DNA of 64,000 nt from a virus. The position numbers were made by a program, and so were the translations under genes. The stretch covers positions 64,001-128,000 of IMG/VR virus record IMGVR_UViG_3300032246_001180; one strand, given 5' to 3'. Below, piece by piece: positions 8,633-18,889 of this stretch. The notes under the pieces are model-generated. The model made no database searches, was not told the origin of the DNA, and was given only the letters and a program-made list of their open reading frames with translations. The stretch's first letter is position 1, and each line of letters opens with the position of its first letter.

Positions 8633-9439
8633 ATGATTAATATTAGTGGTTTGAACATTTCAGGCGGAATTAATTTTGTTTTAGACTCTCCTGATGGTTT
8701 AACATCCAGTCGAGCAGCTACCTCAGCATATGCAATTAAACAGGCATATCCTAATTCTGCAAGTGGTTTGTATTGGATTCAAAACGCAAACATAAACTCT
8801 GGTAATCCAGTTCAGGTATATTGTGATATGACCACACTTGGTGGTGGTTGGACTCTCATCATGCAGAACAACTATGGTGATTGGACATTCAGTAATGCTC
8901 TATTGAGAAATCAAACATCCGCACCTAGTTCTCTTGCCGCTGAATATGTTTCTGGTAGTGCGGGTAGTAATGGAAATTATAGTATTATTGGTTGGGCAGA
9001 TTATATTAAGAAATCATCAAGTGGTTTCGATTATATGATGGATGCAGGATATCGTGGTCGTAATGGCGGTGCATGGACTGCCAATCAACCATACAGTTTT
9101 GTTGGCCAATACGATAACTCATCATTTGGTACAGATGTGGTTGCTGGTAGCGATGGTTTCAGACAGAATATAACATTACTTTCATCATTCTATACTGGCC
9201 AAACTGGTACCGGCACTTGGTCTTATAACGATAATGGTTTAGAGAAACGAATGCCATGGTATGCAAATAATGGCGCAAACGCAACTGTTGTTGGTGGTGC
9301 TATTTTTACTACAACACACAATGATAGTGGTTCATGGTGGGGAACATTGATGAGTATTGGTGGCGGTTGGGATCCTGCACCTTGGCAATCTGAAACTGGT
9401 TGGGGTTATCCAAAAGTTATTTGGTATTGGGTAAGATAA
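8633..9439 (+). CDS. Fibrinogen C-like/lectin-type domain protein
   Basis: SGLYWI...VQVYCDMTTLGGGWTLI signature; Trp/Gly-rich. Confidence 0.7.
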   Translation: MINISGLNISGGINFVLDSPDGLTSSRAATSAYAIKQAYPNSASGLYWIQNANINSGNPVQVYCDMTTLGGGWTLIMQNNYGDWTFSNALLRNQTSAPSSLAAEYVSGSAGSNGNYSIIGWADYIKKSSSGFDYMMDAGYRGRNGGAWTANQPYSFVGQYDNSSFGTDVVAGSDGFRQNITLLSSFYTGQTGTGTWSYNDNGLEKRMPWYANNGANATVVGGAIFTTTHNDSGSWWGTLMSIGGGWDPAPWQSETGWGYPKVIWYWVR

Positions 9440-9463
9440 TTAATTTAATAGGAAACAAACATA

Positions 9464-9940
9464 ATGTGGATGTTATCGTTTATACCTGATTCTCTTATAA
9501 CTCTTATTGTACATCTAATATTTACAATCGGAGTTATTGGTTTTTTCATTGGTTCTTTTGCTTCAAAGTTTCCATTCATAAGTACATATGGCAACATTAT
9601 AAAGATTGTTGCAGGCATTCTATTGATTGCAGGTCTTTATCTTGAAGGTGGTATTGGTGTGGAACAAGAATGGCGAAGTAGAGTTACAGAACTACAAGAT
9701 AAAATAGAAGTTGCACAAAAAGAATCCAAAAAAGAAAATATAGTAATAAGAGAAAAGGTTGTTGAGAAAGTTAGAATTATTAAGGAAAAATCAGATGAAA
9801 TTAGAACAGTTATTGAAACAAAGCGTGATGCTATTAATGCTGAGTGCAAGTTGTCTGATGATGCATGGGTGCTCTACAACCGTGCCACTCAAAATGCCGT
9901 TTCCGGAAGTACCGGAAAATCTGATGGAAAAGTCGAATAA
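9464..9940 (+). CDS. Inner-membrane spanin (Rz-like)
   Basis: N-terminal TM helices, periplasmic coiled coil, C-terminal Cys; overlaps a lipoprotein gene; near the endolysin. Confidence 0.7.
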   Translation: MWMLSFIPDSLITLIVHLIFTIGVIGFFIGSFASKFPFISTYGNIIKIVAGILLIAGLYLEGGIGVEQEWRSRVTELQDKIEVAQKESKKENIVIREKVVEKVRIIKEKSDEIRTVIETKRDAINAECKLSDDAWVLYNRATQNAVSGSTGKSDGKVE

Positions 9941-10094
9941 TTTAAAACCTTTACCTGAAGATAAAAAAACATTAGTAGATTTGATTGAAAACGCAAACGA
10001 TAATTTTACAACATATTACATACTAAAAGAAAAATATGATGCGTGGCAAGAATGGTATAAAATGCAACGTAGAATACATGGAAGTGTAAAATGA
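9795..10094 (+). CDS. Outer-membrane spanin lipoprotein (Rz1-like)
   Basis: AAGGA SD, lipobox-like MHGC, Pro-rich mature part; starts inside the Rz-like gene in another frame. Confidence 0.7.
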   Translation: MKLEQLLKQSVMLLMLSASCLMMHGCSTTVPLKMPFPEVPENLMEKSNNLKPLPEDKKTLVDLIENANDNFTTYYILKEKYDAWQEWYKMQRRIHGSVK

Positions 10095-10465
10095 AAAAAC
10101 TATTATTATTTGTTTTAGTTTTACAATTAACGGGTTGTGCATTGGTTGAAAAACTATGGGTAGCGAATTACGATACAAATGAATATGCACTCGTTACAAA
10201 AGTTCGCACTTTAGCACAATCTGCCAAATCCTGTGATGAACAAACAGTCAAAGAATTGTATGTTACTTCTTTAGAATTGAAAAACTTTTCTGAATATATA
10301 CCTAGAAACAAAGCAACATTAGACCTTACTAGTCATCTATTTGTAATAGTGGAAGAATTAAATAAAAAAGAAAGTCCAAGTCCATCTTATTGTAAAGCTA
10401 AACTAAATACCATTGTTAGATCCGCTGAAACTATTCAACAAGTGGTGGGGAATAAACCTAGATGA
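10091..10465 (+). CDS. Lipoprotein of unknown function
   Basis: MKKLLLFVLVLQLTGC lipobox. Confidence 0.7.
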   Translation: MKKLLLFVLVLQLTGCALVEKLWVANYDTNEYALVTKVRTLAQSAKSCDEQTVKELYVTSLELKNFSEYIPRNKATLDLTSHLFVIVEELNKKESPSPSYCKAKLNTIVRSAETIQQVVGNKPR

Positions 10466-10674
10466 GCCAATTACAAGAAATTGCTTTTTTAGCAGAACAA
10501 TATAAACAACAATACGAAACCGGTCAACTGTCAGCCTCTGAATTTAAAGAACTAATTGAAGATTTAAACATCATGGGTCATATTGAACAAGGTGCAGCAG
10601 AGTTGCATCAAAATGAAGAATATTATAAAATTTTAGTGGGGATTGTCCAGTTGGCTAGTTCATTACCAGTATAA
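10462..10674 (+). CDS. Hypothetical protein
   Basis: Translationally coupled ORF. Confidence 0.6.
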   Translation: MSQLQEIAFLAEQYKQQYETGQLSASEFKELIEDLNIMGHIEQGAAELHQNEEYYKILVGIVQLASSLPV

Positions 10675-10683
10675 GGAATTAAA

Positions 10684-11286
10684 ATGACACTAGAACAATT
10701 TAAAGCGATATTAGGAAACAATCCATATGCAGACCACTGGTATGATGCATTAAGTAAGTTGTTACCTGATTATGAAATCAATACACCTCAACGAATTGCA
10801 TCATTCTTAGCTCAATGTGGCCATGAATCAGCAAACTTCACCGCACTACAGGAAAATCTAAACTATAAAGCCGAATCTCTATCGAGAGTTTGGCCAAGAT
10901 ATTTTCCAGCAGATGTAGCTGCACAATACGCACACAAACCAGAAGCTATCGCCAACCGTGCATACGCCAATCGTATGGGTAACGGAGATGAATCATCAGG
11001 TGATGGATGGAGATATTGTGGACGTGGTTTAATCCAGTTAACAGGTAAATCAAACTATCAAGCATTTGCTGATAGTTTAGAAATGAATGTTGAAGATGTT
11101 CCTGCTTACCTCGGAACATTTGAAGGCGCAGCACAGTCTGCTTGTTGGTTTTGGGAAAATAATAACCTGAACCGATTCGCTGATGCTGGCGACATTAAAG
11201 GTATGACTAAAGTAATCAATGGTGGTTATCTTGGTTTGGAAGACCGTGAAAAACATTATCATCACGCATTGGATATACTCTCTTAA
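10684..11286 (+). CDS. Glycoside hydrolase family 19 endolysin
   Basis: FLAQCGHES, ENLNY, GDGWRYCGRGLIQLTGK.NY, INGG..GL.DR. Confidence 0.92.
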   Translation: MTLEQFKAILGNNPYADHWYDALSKLLPDYEINTPQRIASFLAQCGHESANFTALQENLNYKAESLSRVWPRYFPADVAAQYAHKPEAIANRAYANRMGNGDESSGDGWRYCGRGLIQLTGKSNYQAFADSLEMNVEDVPAYLGTFEGAAQSACWFWENNNLNRFADAGDIKGMTKVINGGYLGLEDREKHYHHALDILS

Positions 11287-11294
11287 TATAAATA
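11287..11294 (+). promoter_or_regulatory. T4-type late promoter TATAAATA
   Basis: Exact consensus immediately after the endolysin stop. Confidence 0.7.
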
Positions 11295-11367
11295 TAGAAT
11301 TTGAATTGCATCAATGTTGTAGTCTTTGAAGTTCATAATGTAAGAAAACTTTAAAGGAACAATAAAA

Positions 11368-11850
11368 ATGTATTCAAGAACCATCAGCAAAGTAATTGCT
11401 GTATTGTTATTATCTTCTTCAGTTGTTTTTGCGGCCGATCCAATCGTTACCGATTCAACCTCAAGAAGCACAACAGATTCTAATTCTACTAGCACCACTA
11501 CAGTAAAATCTCCACCTCCAACTGCGGTTGCTCCAGCGGTTACAGTTATCAATTCGGATGTTTGTGCTGTAGCTGCATCTGGTGCAGCTCAAACACAAAT
11601 TCTTGGTATTTCATTTGGAACTACCATGACAGACGCCAATTGTGAAAGATTAAAACTTGCTCGTGGTATCTACGACATGGGTATGAAAGTTGCAGCTGTT
11701 GCCATCATGTGCCAAGACGAAAGAGTATTCTCCGCTATGATGAACGCAGGCACACCATGTCCAGTAGATGGTAAGATTGGTGAATCTGCAAAAGAAATTT
11801 GGGCTGCGGATCCAAAAAGACAACCACAAAAAGTTAAAAGCAAGGACTAA
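11368..11850 (+). CDS. Exported Cys-containing protein of unknown function
   Basis: Sec signal peptide (VFA-A), Ser/Thr linker, 4 Cys. Confidence 0.7.
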   Translation: MYSRTISKVIAVLLLSSSVVFAADPIVTDSTSRSTTDSNSTSTTTVKSPPPTAVAPAVTVINSDVCAVAASGAAQTQILGISFGTTMTDANCERLKLARGIYDMGMKVAAVAIMCQDERVFSAMMNAGTPCPVDGKIGESAKEIWAADPKRQPQKVKSKD

Positions 11851-11853
11851 CCA

Positions 11854-13995
11854 ATGAATTTGGTTTCTGTTTTTGTTGCTATTATTTTGATGGCAGGTCT
11901 TGGCACCTGCTCAGTCAAAGCACAAACTCCAATCGTATCAAATAATATTTTGATGCCAACTGTTAATGCATGGTCCGGTTCAGTCGCAGGACAAAATGGT
12001 GGATACTCTGGTGGTGGTAATGGACCAGCATTTAACGCTGGAACAAATACTCTAATCTTTGGATACACAACTGCAACAGCAACACAAAGAATAACTGCTG
12101 AAGCATTTGCACTTCAACACGCATTAGACTTATCAAACTCCGGTATTAAAATTAATGGATATAATTATTCTTGGAAAATTGATAACTCTGGCCAACAGGC
12201 AGGAACATTGACCGGTAAAGTTGAGATGTTAAGGGGTGGTAATGCTCTTCAATCATATACTTACAATTATAATGCAACAACTGATGGGTTCGAATTAAAG
12301 ACTGGTACTGAAACATTCACTAATCCACAAAGTTTACTTGCTGCAGATTCAATTGCTTTATCATTTACAGGTAAAGACAACAGATTTTGGGCAGGTTATT
12401 ATGGTCCAAGAGTTCGTGAACCATCTCTCACCTTAAACTATACAACTGATCCGTGTATGAGTAATCCAGCATACTCATCATCTTGTGCTGGGTTCAATGA
12501 TATTCTTACTAGCAGAAGAATGTATGCAGAAAGTTATGCTATCAATCAAGCATTAGACTTAGTTGGTGCTGGATTAAAAATCCATGGTTTGAATTATGGA
12601 TATGACTATGTTCTTGGTGGAACATGGTGCTCAGTTGCTGGTACAAATACAGATGGAACACTTGGTTGTTCTGTAATGTCGCCATCATCACTTCAAGTGG
12701 GTGTTGCTGTAACAAAAAATGACGGAACTGTTTTATATTCTAATTTGCATACGCATACAGAACAGAACACATTCGCTTCAATGTCTTATTCTAAAATATT
12801 TGACAAATCTTTATTGTTAGGTGATATGGGTGGTTATGCTATGGAAGATAGAGTGAATGGTACTGGCGCAGTTTTTAATAAGTTTAGTAGTTGGCAATAT
12901 ACACCAGATCCATGTGTAGTTAATCCACTATCATCACAATCTTGTCCAGGTTATGCTGCAGCTTATCAAACACAACAATGTACAGCAAATATATTTTATA
13001 ACTCTGCGTGTCCAGGTTATGCTGAAGCAATGTTTACTAGACAATGCACAGCGAATCCACTTTCGGATCCTTCTTGCCCAAGTTATGCATCAGCATACCT
13101 AACTTATCAATGTTCTATTAATCCTCTTTATAGTACAACGTGTCCAGGTTACGAACAAGCTTATCTAGATTCTCAATGTATTAAAGATTCTTTATATTCT
13201 CCAAAATGCGAAGGTTATAAAACAGCTTACGCTATTAAATATTTGGTAACAGGAATCGATTCAACAGTAGTAAATCAATCACTATCAAATACTGCGGCCA
13301 CTAAAGCTAATGACCCAACTACTGTAAAGGTTGCGACTAACACCGCATCAACAACAGTTAATACTGATGGTACAGTTTCAACTGGCGTATCTGCAACAGG
13401 AGATACAAACGTAGATAAAGCAATTGCTGCTAAATCATCAACAACCAATACTACACCAGCAGCAGTTCAATTATCATCACCTCCACCTCCAGCATCCCAA
13501 CAGATGGCTCAGAACGAAATAAAAGGTGGCGATAATAAACCTGAACCAAAAGGTGATAACAAACAAGAGGATAGAAAAGATGATGCTCCGAAAGGCAATG
13601 GAGGCAATCCTCCGCCACCGAATACTAATACTGCTCAAGCTTCATCTGATAGACCGACAGCACCAACTGCAAGACAAGAAATTCAAGCAAGACGGGAAGC
13701 TGCAGCAAAAGCAGATGCCGTAGAAAAGGGTAAAAACCTTGCTGGTGAAATGGGTAAAGCATCTGATATGGAAGCACAAAAAGCAGTTCAGAATGTTGTA
13801 ATTCAAGCGATGGGATTTACACCTGGATTTGATGCATATAGTAGACAGATGATAGTTCAACAACAATTTTATCCTGTTGCATCAGTATACAACAATCAAA
13901 AAAATATTGATAATCGTGCTAATTTAAGAATGTTTGGTGGCACAGATAGACTACACAATGACATGGTAGAATTACAATACAATAAAGGAAATTAA
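11854..13995 (+). CDS. Large exported protein with Cys-rich tandem repeats
   Basis: Signal peptide; about 6 repeats C..NPL.S..CPGY..AY; Pro-rich linker. Confidence 0.7.
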   Translation: MNLVSVFVAIILMAGLGTCSVKAQTPIVSNNILMPTVNAWSGSVAGQNGGYSGGGNGPAFNAGTNTLIFGYTTATATQRITAEAFALQHALDLSNSGIKINGYNYSWKIDNSGQQAGTLTGKVEMLRGGNALQSYTYNYNATTDGFELKTGTETFTNPQSLLAADSIALSFTGKDNRFWAGYYGPRVREPSLTLNYTTDPCMSNPAYSSSCAGFNDILTSRRMYAESYAINQALDLVGAGLKIHGLNYGYDYVLGGTWCSVAGTNTDGTLGCSVMSPSSLQVGVAVTKNDGTVLYSNLHTHTEQNTFASMSYSKIFDKSLLLGDMGGYAMEDRVNGTGAVFNKFSSWQYTPDPCVVNPLSSQSCPGYAAAYQTQQCTANIFYNSACPGYAEAMFTRQCTANPLSDPSCPSYASAYLTYQCSINPLYSTTCPGYEQAYLDSQCIKDSLYSPKCEGYKTAYAIKYLVTGIDSTVVNQSLSNTAATKANDPTTVKVATNTASTTVNTDGTVSTGVSATGDTNVDKAIAAKSSTTNTTPAAVQLSSPPPPASQQMAQNEIKGGDNKPEPKGDNKQEDRKDDAPKGNGGNPPPPNTNTAQASSDRPTAPTARQEIQARREAAAKADAVEKGKNLAGEMGKASDMEAQKAVQNVVIQAMGFTPGFDAYSRQMIVQQQFYPVASVYNNQKNIDNRANLRMFGGTDRLHNDMVELQYNKGN

Positions 13996-13996
13996 A

Positions 13997-14527
13997 ATGT
14001 CAGAAGAAATCAAAGACGTTAATGCTAAAATTGATGAAGCAGAAGCGACAATAAAAAAATATGCAAGTGCAGATACCGTTATTAGTATTGGTGGGTATGA
14101 ATTCACACCAGCTAAACTAATGGTCGCATTTACATTGGTATCATCTATTTTAGGTGGTCTTTATGGTGCGTTTGAAGTCTATAAAGACTATCAAGATATG
14201 AAGTCTAAAATTGCAAAATATGTTTCTCCAGATTTGACAGAGGTTTATAAAAAACTAGCCGTTATCGAAGATAACAGCCAAAAAACAAGTGATTACACCC
14301 GTGATATTAAGAACGACCTTAAAAACGATATACGCCGTTTAGAGGGTGTGGTTGAGGGTGTGGAGAGAAGTGCAAAAACATCTCAACGTGAAGCTGACCA
14401 AGTGGTAAAAGAAGTCCGTGAAGAAGTTAGACAGGTTCGCAAAGAGTCCGAATCAATGTCTAAGAACTTAGAACGTGATGTGGATAGAAAAATCCAAAGA
14501 GCGTTAGATAATCCATTGTCTAAATAA
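13997..14527 (+). CDS. Single-TM coiled-coil protein
   Basis: One TM segment, then heptad-rich region ending ALDNPL. Confidence 0.65.
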   Translation: MSEEIKDVNAKIDEAEATIKKYASADTVISIGGYEFTPAKLMVAFTLVSSILGGLYGAFEVYKDYQDMKSKIAKYVSPDLTEVYKKLAVIEDNSQKTSDYTRDIKNDLKNDIRRLEGVVEGVERSAKTSQREADQVVKEVREEVRQVRKESESMSKNLERDVDRKIQRALDNPLSK

Positions 14528-14616
14528 TGTACCATCCGTACAATTTGTTTGACTTGTGGGTTTACTACTCGTTACAGATGTACTTTTTACCATACAGAAT
14601 CATGGGGAATCAATAA

Positions 14617-15162
14617 ATGGCAGAAGTTAAGCCTTTATCTCGTTCAGAACGGGAAGCACTAATTAAAGACAAAGCTGGTTGGGTTATTACGGTACTTGCA
14701 GCATTACTAGCTATCAATACGTTGATGGGTGGAAGTAATGGTTCTAAAGTATTGAATAATACTATTGACGCAAACAATACTTGGGCATTTTACCAAGCAA
14801 AGTCTATCAAACAAACATTAGCAGAACAGTCCTATGAAGATGCGGTGCGTAACAAAGACACCAAAAAGTCAGAATTATACAAAGCTAAAATTGAAAGATA
14901 TGAATCTGATCCTAAGACGGGTGAAGGTAAAAAAGAATTAATGGAAAAAGCGAGAAAGTTGGAAGCAGACAGAGCTATTGCCAAATCTCGTAGTCCATGG
15001 TATACTTACGCTGGAAGTTTATTTCAAATTGCAATTGTATTATTGACTGCCAGTATTTTAGCTGTTAACAATAGATTATATTTTGCAAGTATTGGTGTTG
15101 GAGTTTTAGGTGCATTATTAATGAGCCAAGCTGTTTGGTTGTGGGTGCCGATTACGTTATAA
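14617..15162 (+). CDS. DUF4337-like membrane protein
   Basis: TM, then WAFYQAKSIKQ, coiled coil, LFQIAIVL..ASIL TM pair. Confidence 0.7.
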   Translation: MAEVKPLSRSEREALIKDKAGWVITVLAALLAINTLMGGSNGSKVLNNTIDANNTWAFYQAKSIKQTLAEQSYEDAVRNKDTKKSELYKAKIERYESDPKTGEGKKELMEKARKLEADRAIAKSRSPWYTYAGSLFQIAIVLLTASILAVNNRLYFASIGVGVLGALLMSQAVWLWVPITL

Positions 15163-15178
15163 AAGAAAGTGATTTGTT

Positions 15179-15865
15179 ATGGAAAGAAGATTGATATTTT
15201 TTAGTGGCGGACTTGACAGTACGGCTTTATTAACATTGTCAAAACCTGATGACATTATAGTTTGTATTGTTGATACGGTTGATAATAAAGTAGCCACAAG
15301 TTTTGATGATGTTGTAAAAGATAAAGTTTTAAAAATAGCAAAATATTTTGACAGATTTGTTTATTTTAATCCTGTTCATATACCGGCTGTAGAAATAGAA
15401 TCGGGTGCAGGTGTACATCAAACAAATGTGATGTTTTCAATTGCAAATAATTGGGCTCATATTAAAACAGAAAGTTTAAAAGAAGTTTGGTGGGGAGTTT
15501 ATGATTCGGAGTACAACAATAATGTTGTAGTCAAAAAACTAAGGGACGATTGGTTTAAAGCTTGGAACATATTACATCCAAATATTAAATTTCATAATCC
15601 ATTAGGTCATTTGACTAAAAGAGATTGTTGGGAAATGATTCCTGAAAAAGTTCGACCGTTAGTTAGTTGTTGTAGAATAAGTCCACCACAAGATTGGAAA
15701 ACGTGTGAATGTATGAAGTGTGTTCAACAACGTAGAGCTATAACACCAGGAGCTTATGATGGTGCATGGAAAAGATTTAAATTGGAAACAGGACCACTTA
15801 AGGATACCTGGATAATTTATGATCCCTCGGCAGAAAGTGATAGAGTATATTACCAAAAAGGATAA
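15179..15865 (+). CDS. QueC-like PP-loop ATPase
   Basis: FSGGLDST PP-loop; NPL.HLTK; C-terminal SCC...CECMKC Zn motif. Confidence 0.6.
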   Translation: MERRLIFFSGGLDSTALLTLSKPDDIIVCIVDTVDNKVATSFDDVVKDKVLKIAKYFDRFVYFNPVHIPAVEIESGAGVHQTNVMFSIANNWAHIKTESLKEVWWGVYDSEYNNNVVVKKLRDDWFKAWNILHPNIKFHNPLGHLTKRDCWEMIPEKVRPLVSCCRISPPQDWKTCECMKCVQQRRAITPGAYDGAWKRFKLETGPLKDTWIIYDPSAESDRVYYQKG

Positions 15866-15868
15866 AAA

Positions 15869-16297
15869 ATGGCAGACGTAAAAGAAGTAAAAAAAGACGA
15901 AGATTGGATGCAAAAGAAATGGCGTCCTGCTATGGGTTGGATGTATATGGTTGTCTGTATGATGGACATGGTTATTTTTCCCGTTGTGTGGAGTTTAGCG
16001 CAAGTCTTAACTAAACAGCCTATCACTCAATGGAATCCCTTGACACTTCAAGGCGCCGGTTTATTTCACCTTGCTATGGGTGCTGTTTTGGGTATTGCTG
16101 CTTTTGGTCGTACACAAGAAAAGATTGCTGGTACAGCTACAAATACACCAGCACCAATCCCTAGCCCATCATCACTACCGTCAATGTCTGGTGCGATTGG
16201 TGCTCCGATTGGTGGTCCAATCACGCCGTTGGGTTCAAACGGTCCATCTGGTCCAGCACCACTAGGACCACCTCCAGCAAATCAACCTGCTCTATAA
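15869..16297 (+). CDS. Putative holin (GTA 3-TM holin-like)
   Basis: KWRPAMGW.Y, TM segments, LG...FGRT.EK. Confidence 0.7.
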   Translation: MADVKEVKKDEDWMQKKWRPAMGWMYMVVCMMDMVIFPVVWSLAQVLTKQPITQWNPLTLQGAGLFHLAMGAVLGIAAFGRTQEKIAGTATNTPAPIPSPSSLPSMSGAIGAPIGGPITPLGSNGPSGPAPLGPPPANQPAL

Positions 16298-16307
16298 AGG
16301 ACAAGAC

Positions 16308-16529
16308 ATGAAAAAATTTTTAATCGCTCTTAATATCGTAATCTGGTCATTTGTTGGTTATCAAGTTAATGCTTACGCAGCCGAAACCAAGAAAGTTTGC
16401 CACGAAGAAACTGATAAAAAAGGTAAGACAAAAGAAGTCTGTAAAAACGTAAAAGTGCATAAGAAATTAGAAGGTACTAAAGTACCGGATAAAAAAGTAC
16501 CAGAAAAAAAGAAAAATGCCAACAAATGA
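16308..16529 (+). CDS. Small exported basic protein
   Basis: Signal peptide, two Cys, Lys-rich. Confidence 0.6.
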   Translation: MKKFLIALNIVIWSFVGYQVNAYAAETKKVCHEETDKKGKTKEVCKNVKVHKKLEGTKVPDKKVPEKKKNANK

Positions 16530-16932
16530 TACCGAAGACATTAAAGTAGATATTGGTGTATTAAAGACCCAAGTGTTGACTTTATCTGCATTATGTAATA
16601 AAATGGACCAGGTTATCGATAAACTGGTTGACCAACACGACCGCCATATAGCCAAGGTATATACTGACATGGACTCAAGAAGAAAAGAAACCGATTCGGA
16701 TGTTAAAGAACTCCATAATCGAATTGATACCGTTCTAGAAAGAATGTCGGATCAAAACGAAAAAATTATGGATGAGTTTAAATTTATCCGAAAAGAAATG
16801 TCGGCGCACAATTCTCAAGAAAAACAACAGTTAGATAAAATTTTAGAGTGGAAGTGGATGGTTATTGGTGGTATTCTTGTTCTTTCTTGGTTGATTTCTC
16901 ATGTAAAGTTAGATACAATACTATTTAAATAA
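16516..16932 (+). CDS. Coiled-coil protein with C-terminal TM
   Basis: Heptads followed by WKWMVIGG TM; directly upstream of primase. Confidence 0.65.
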   Translation: MPTNDTEDIKVDIGVLKTQVLTLSALCNKMDQVIDKLVDQHDRHIAKVYTDMDSRRKETDSDVKELHNRIDTVLERMSDQNEKIMDEFKFIRKEMSAHNSQEKQQLDKILEWKWMVIGGILVLSWLISHVKLDTILFK

Positions 16933-16950
16933 TTTTTGAATTGATATATT

Positions 16951-17967
16951 ATGAGCGTTTTCATCGACAGGTCTTTCCTGTTACAATTGTCACCTAGATT
17001 AGGAAGGTTTTCTCAAAAAAAAGAAGACCTTTATAATTTCAGGTGCCCGCTCTGTGGCGACTCACAGAAAAATAAAACTAAATCCCGTGGTTATGTTTAC
17101 CGGAAAAAGAATGACTACTTTTATATGTGTCATAATTGTGGTGTGTCAACCACTTTCTTTAATTTTCTAAAACAAGTTGATCCATCTCTTGTACAAGAAT
17201 ATCAACTAGAGAGATATAAAAATGGAGAGAACGGCAATTCGAATTATCAGAAGGCTGAATTTGAAGATGTTAAAGATTCGAAACCGGTCTTCCGTCAATC
17301 TCTTGAACTTCCATCAATTGACTCGTTACCAGAGGCGCATTTTGCTAAAGTCTATGTCCAGCAAAGGCAAATTCCGAAAGCCTTTCAATCACAACTTTAC
17401 TATGCGGAAGACTTTGCAACCTTTGTACAAAGTATGGGCATCGAAAAGGAACTTATGCAAGGTGATAAACGTCTTGTAATACCGTTCTATGACAAAAACA
17501 AAAACCTAATTGCATTTCAAGGTCGTGCATTGGGTGAATCTAAACTACGTTATATTACTGTTAAACTACACGATGATAACAAAAAAATCTATGGCCTTGA
17601 TAGACTGAGTGATGATGAAGAAAAAAGAATCTATGTGGTTGAAGGACCAATCGATTCGATGTTCTTAGAAAATGCAGTTGCAACAGCAGACTCCAATCTA
17701 GAATCGATTGAGAACACATTGGATAAATCAAAAGTGATTCTTATCTTTGACAATGAACCACGCAACAAAGAAATTGTAAACCAAATAGAAAAAGCCATCG
17801 ATAACCATTTCCATGTGGTGATTTGGCCAGAGATGATTGTTGAGAAGGATATTAATGATATGGTATTATCTGGTTTCTCACCTGACGAAATCCAAGATAT
17901 TATAGATAAAAATACCTTCGTTAATTTAAGAGCAAAATTTGAATTTATTAATTGGAAGAAAGTGTAA
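16951..17967 (+). CDS. 61: DNA primase (T4 gp61 family)
   Basis: CPLCGDS...CHNCG Zn finger; TOPRIM VVEGPIDS, FDNEPRN, KDINDM. Confidence 0.95.
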   Translation: MSVFIDRSFLLQLSPRLGRFSQKKEDLYNFRCPLCGDSQKNKTKSRGYVYRKKNDYFYMCHNCGVSTTFFNFLKQVDPSLVQEYQLERYKNGENGNSNYQKAEFEDVKDSKPVFRQSLELPSIDSLPEAHFAKVYVQQRQIPKAFQSQLYYAEDFATFVQSMGIEKELMQGDKRLVIPFYDKNKNLIAFQGRALGESKLRYITVKLHDDNKKIYGLDRLSDDEEKRIYVVEGPIDSMFLENAVATADSNLESIENTLDKSKVILIFDNEPRNKEIVNQIEKAIDNHFHVVIWPEMIVEKDINDMVLSGFSPDEIQDIIDKNTFVNLRAKFEFINWKKV

Positions 17968-17968
17968 T

Positions 17969-18889
17969 ATGGATACAGTAGTTCACGATTTACCTGAGTT
18001 GGAATATTTGATTAAAGAATTCGACAGAAAATATATTGAGAGTGGATTAACATACGGTTGGCCTTCAGATTCAAAAAAGGAATATGATTTTGGACATTGG
18101 AACAAAGTTGTATTAAAATCGAACAAAGCATTCGTCTTTGATAATGCAAAGTTGCCTTTTATCAAGAAACATCCAGAGGTCGAATCAATTTGGAATATTA
18201 TTCAATCAAAAATTGGTCGCAGAAAACTTGTAAGAGTATATGTTAATGGATATACTTATGGAACTGATGCGTATATGCATAGAGATGATGCGTGGATTCG
18301 TGAAGTATACGGAGATGTATTAACAGAAACAGCTATTGTGTATCTAAACGATGAATGGAATCCAGATTGGGCAGGAGAAACCGTAATACTAGACGAATTA
18401 GGTGAAATTGAAAAGTCAGTCTTGCCTAAGAAAAATAGAGTATTGGTTTTTGATTCAAATAAATTACACGCTGCTAGACCTTTAACTAGAGTTTGTCCTG
18501 AGTTGAGGAAGGTGTTAGTATTCAAAACCCTAGATTATAATGTGCCAACAAAAGAAATTGAATTCATTCATAAGTTAACATTAAATGATCCTAGATTGTT
18601 TTATGTTTCATTTAAAATGTCTATTGCATTAGATGAAATAAAGGTAAAGAAAAATGTTTGTCTAGCAGCTTTATATCATGCAGTTTACACTTATGATGTT
18701 GAAAGACAAACCGTTAAAGATTTAATTGGTGAAACAGCAGAACAATTAGTGTATGATTATCATAACAAGTTAAATATGGAAAGTAAAGATTTAATGTATA
18801 TTGAATTTGCTAAACTGGTGCGTACAAATAAAGATGGCGTTCATACCGAAACCTTGAATACCTTATGGAGAAAATTGAATGAAAGTTGA
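17969..18889 (+). CDS. 2OG-Fe(II) oxygenase with C-terminal HD-like helical remnant
   Basis: HRDD, YLN..W..DWAGET, H.ARP, R.VLVFK; C-terminal AALYHAVY. Confidence 0.75.
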   Translation: MDTVVHDLPELEYLIKEFDRKYIESGLTYGWPSDSKKEYDFGHWNKVVLKSNKAFVFDNAKLPFIKKHPEVESIWNIIQSKIGRRKLVRVYVNGYTYGTDAYMHRDDAWIREVYGDVLTETAIVYLNDEWNPDWAGETVILDELGEIEKSVLPKKNRVLVFDSNKLHAARPLTRVCPELRKVLVFKTLDYNVPTKEIEFIHKLTLNDPRLFYVSFKMSIALDEIKVKKNVCLAALYHAVYTYDVERQTVKDLIGETAEQLVYDYHNKLNMESKDLMYIEFAKLVRTNKDGVHTETLNTLWRKLNES

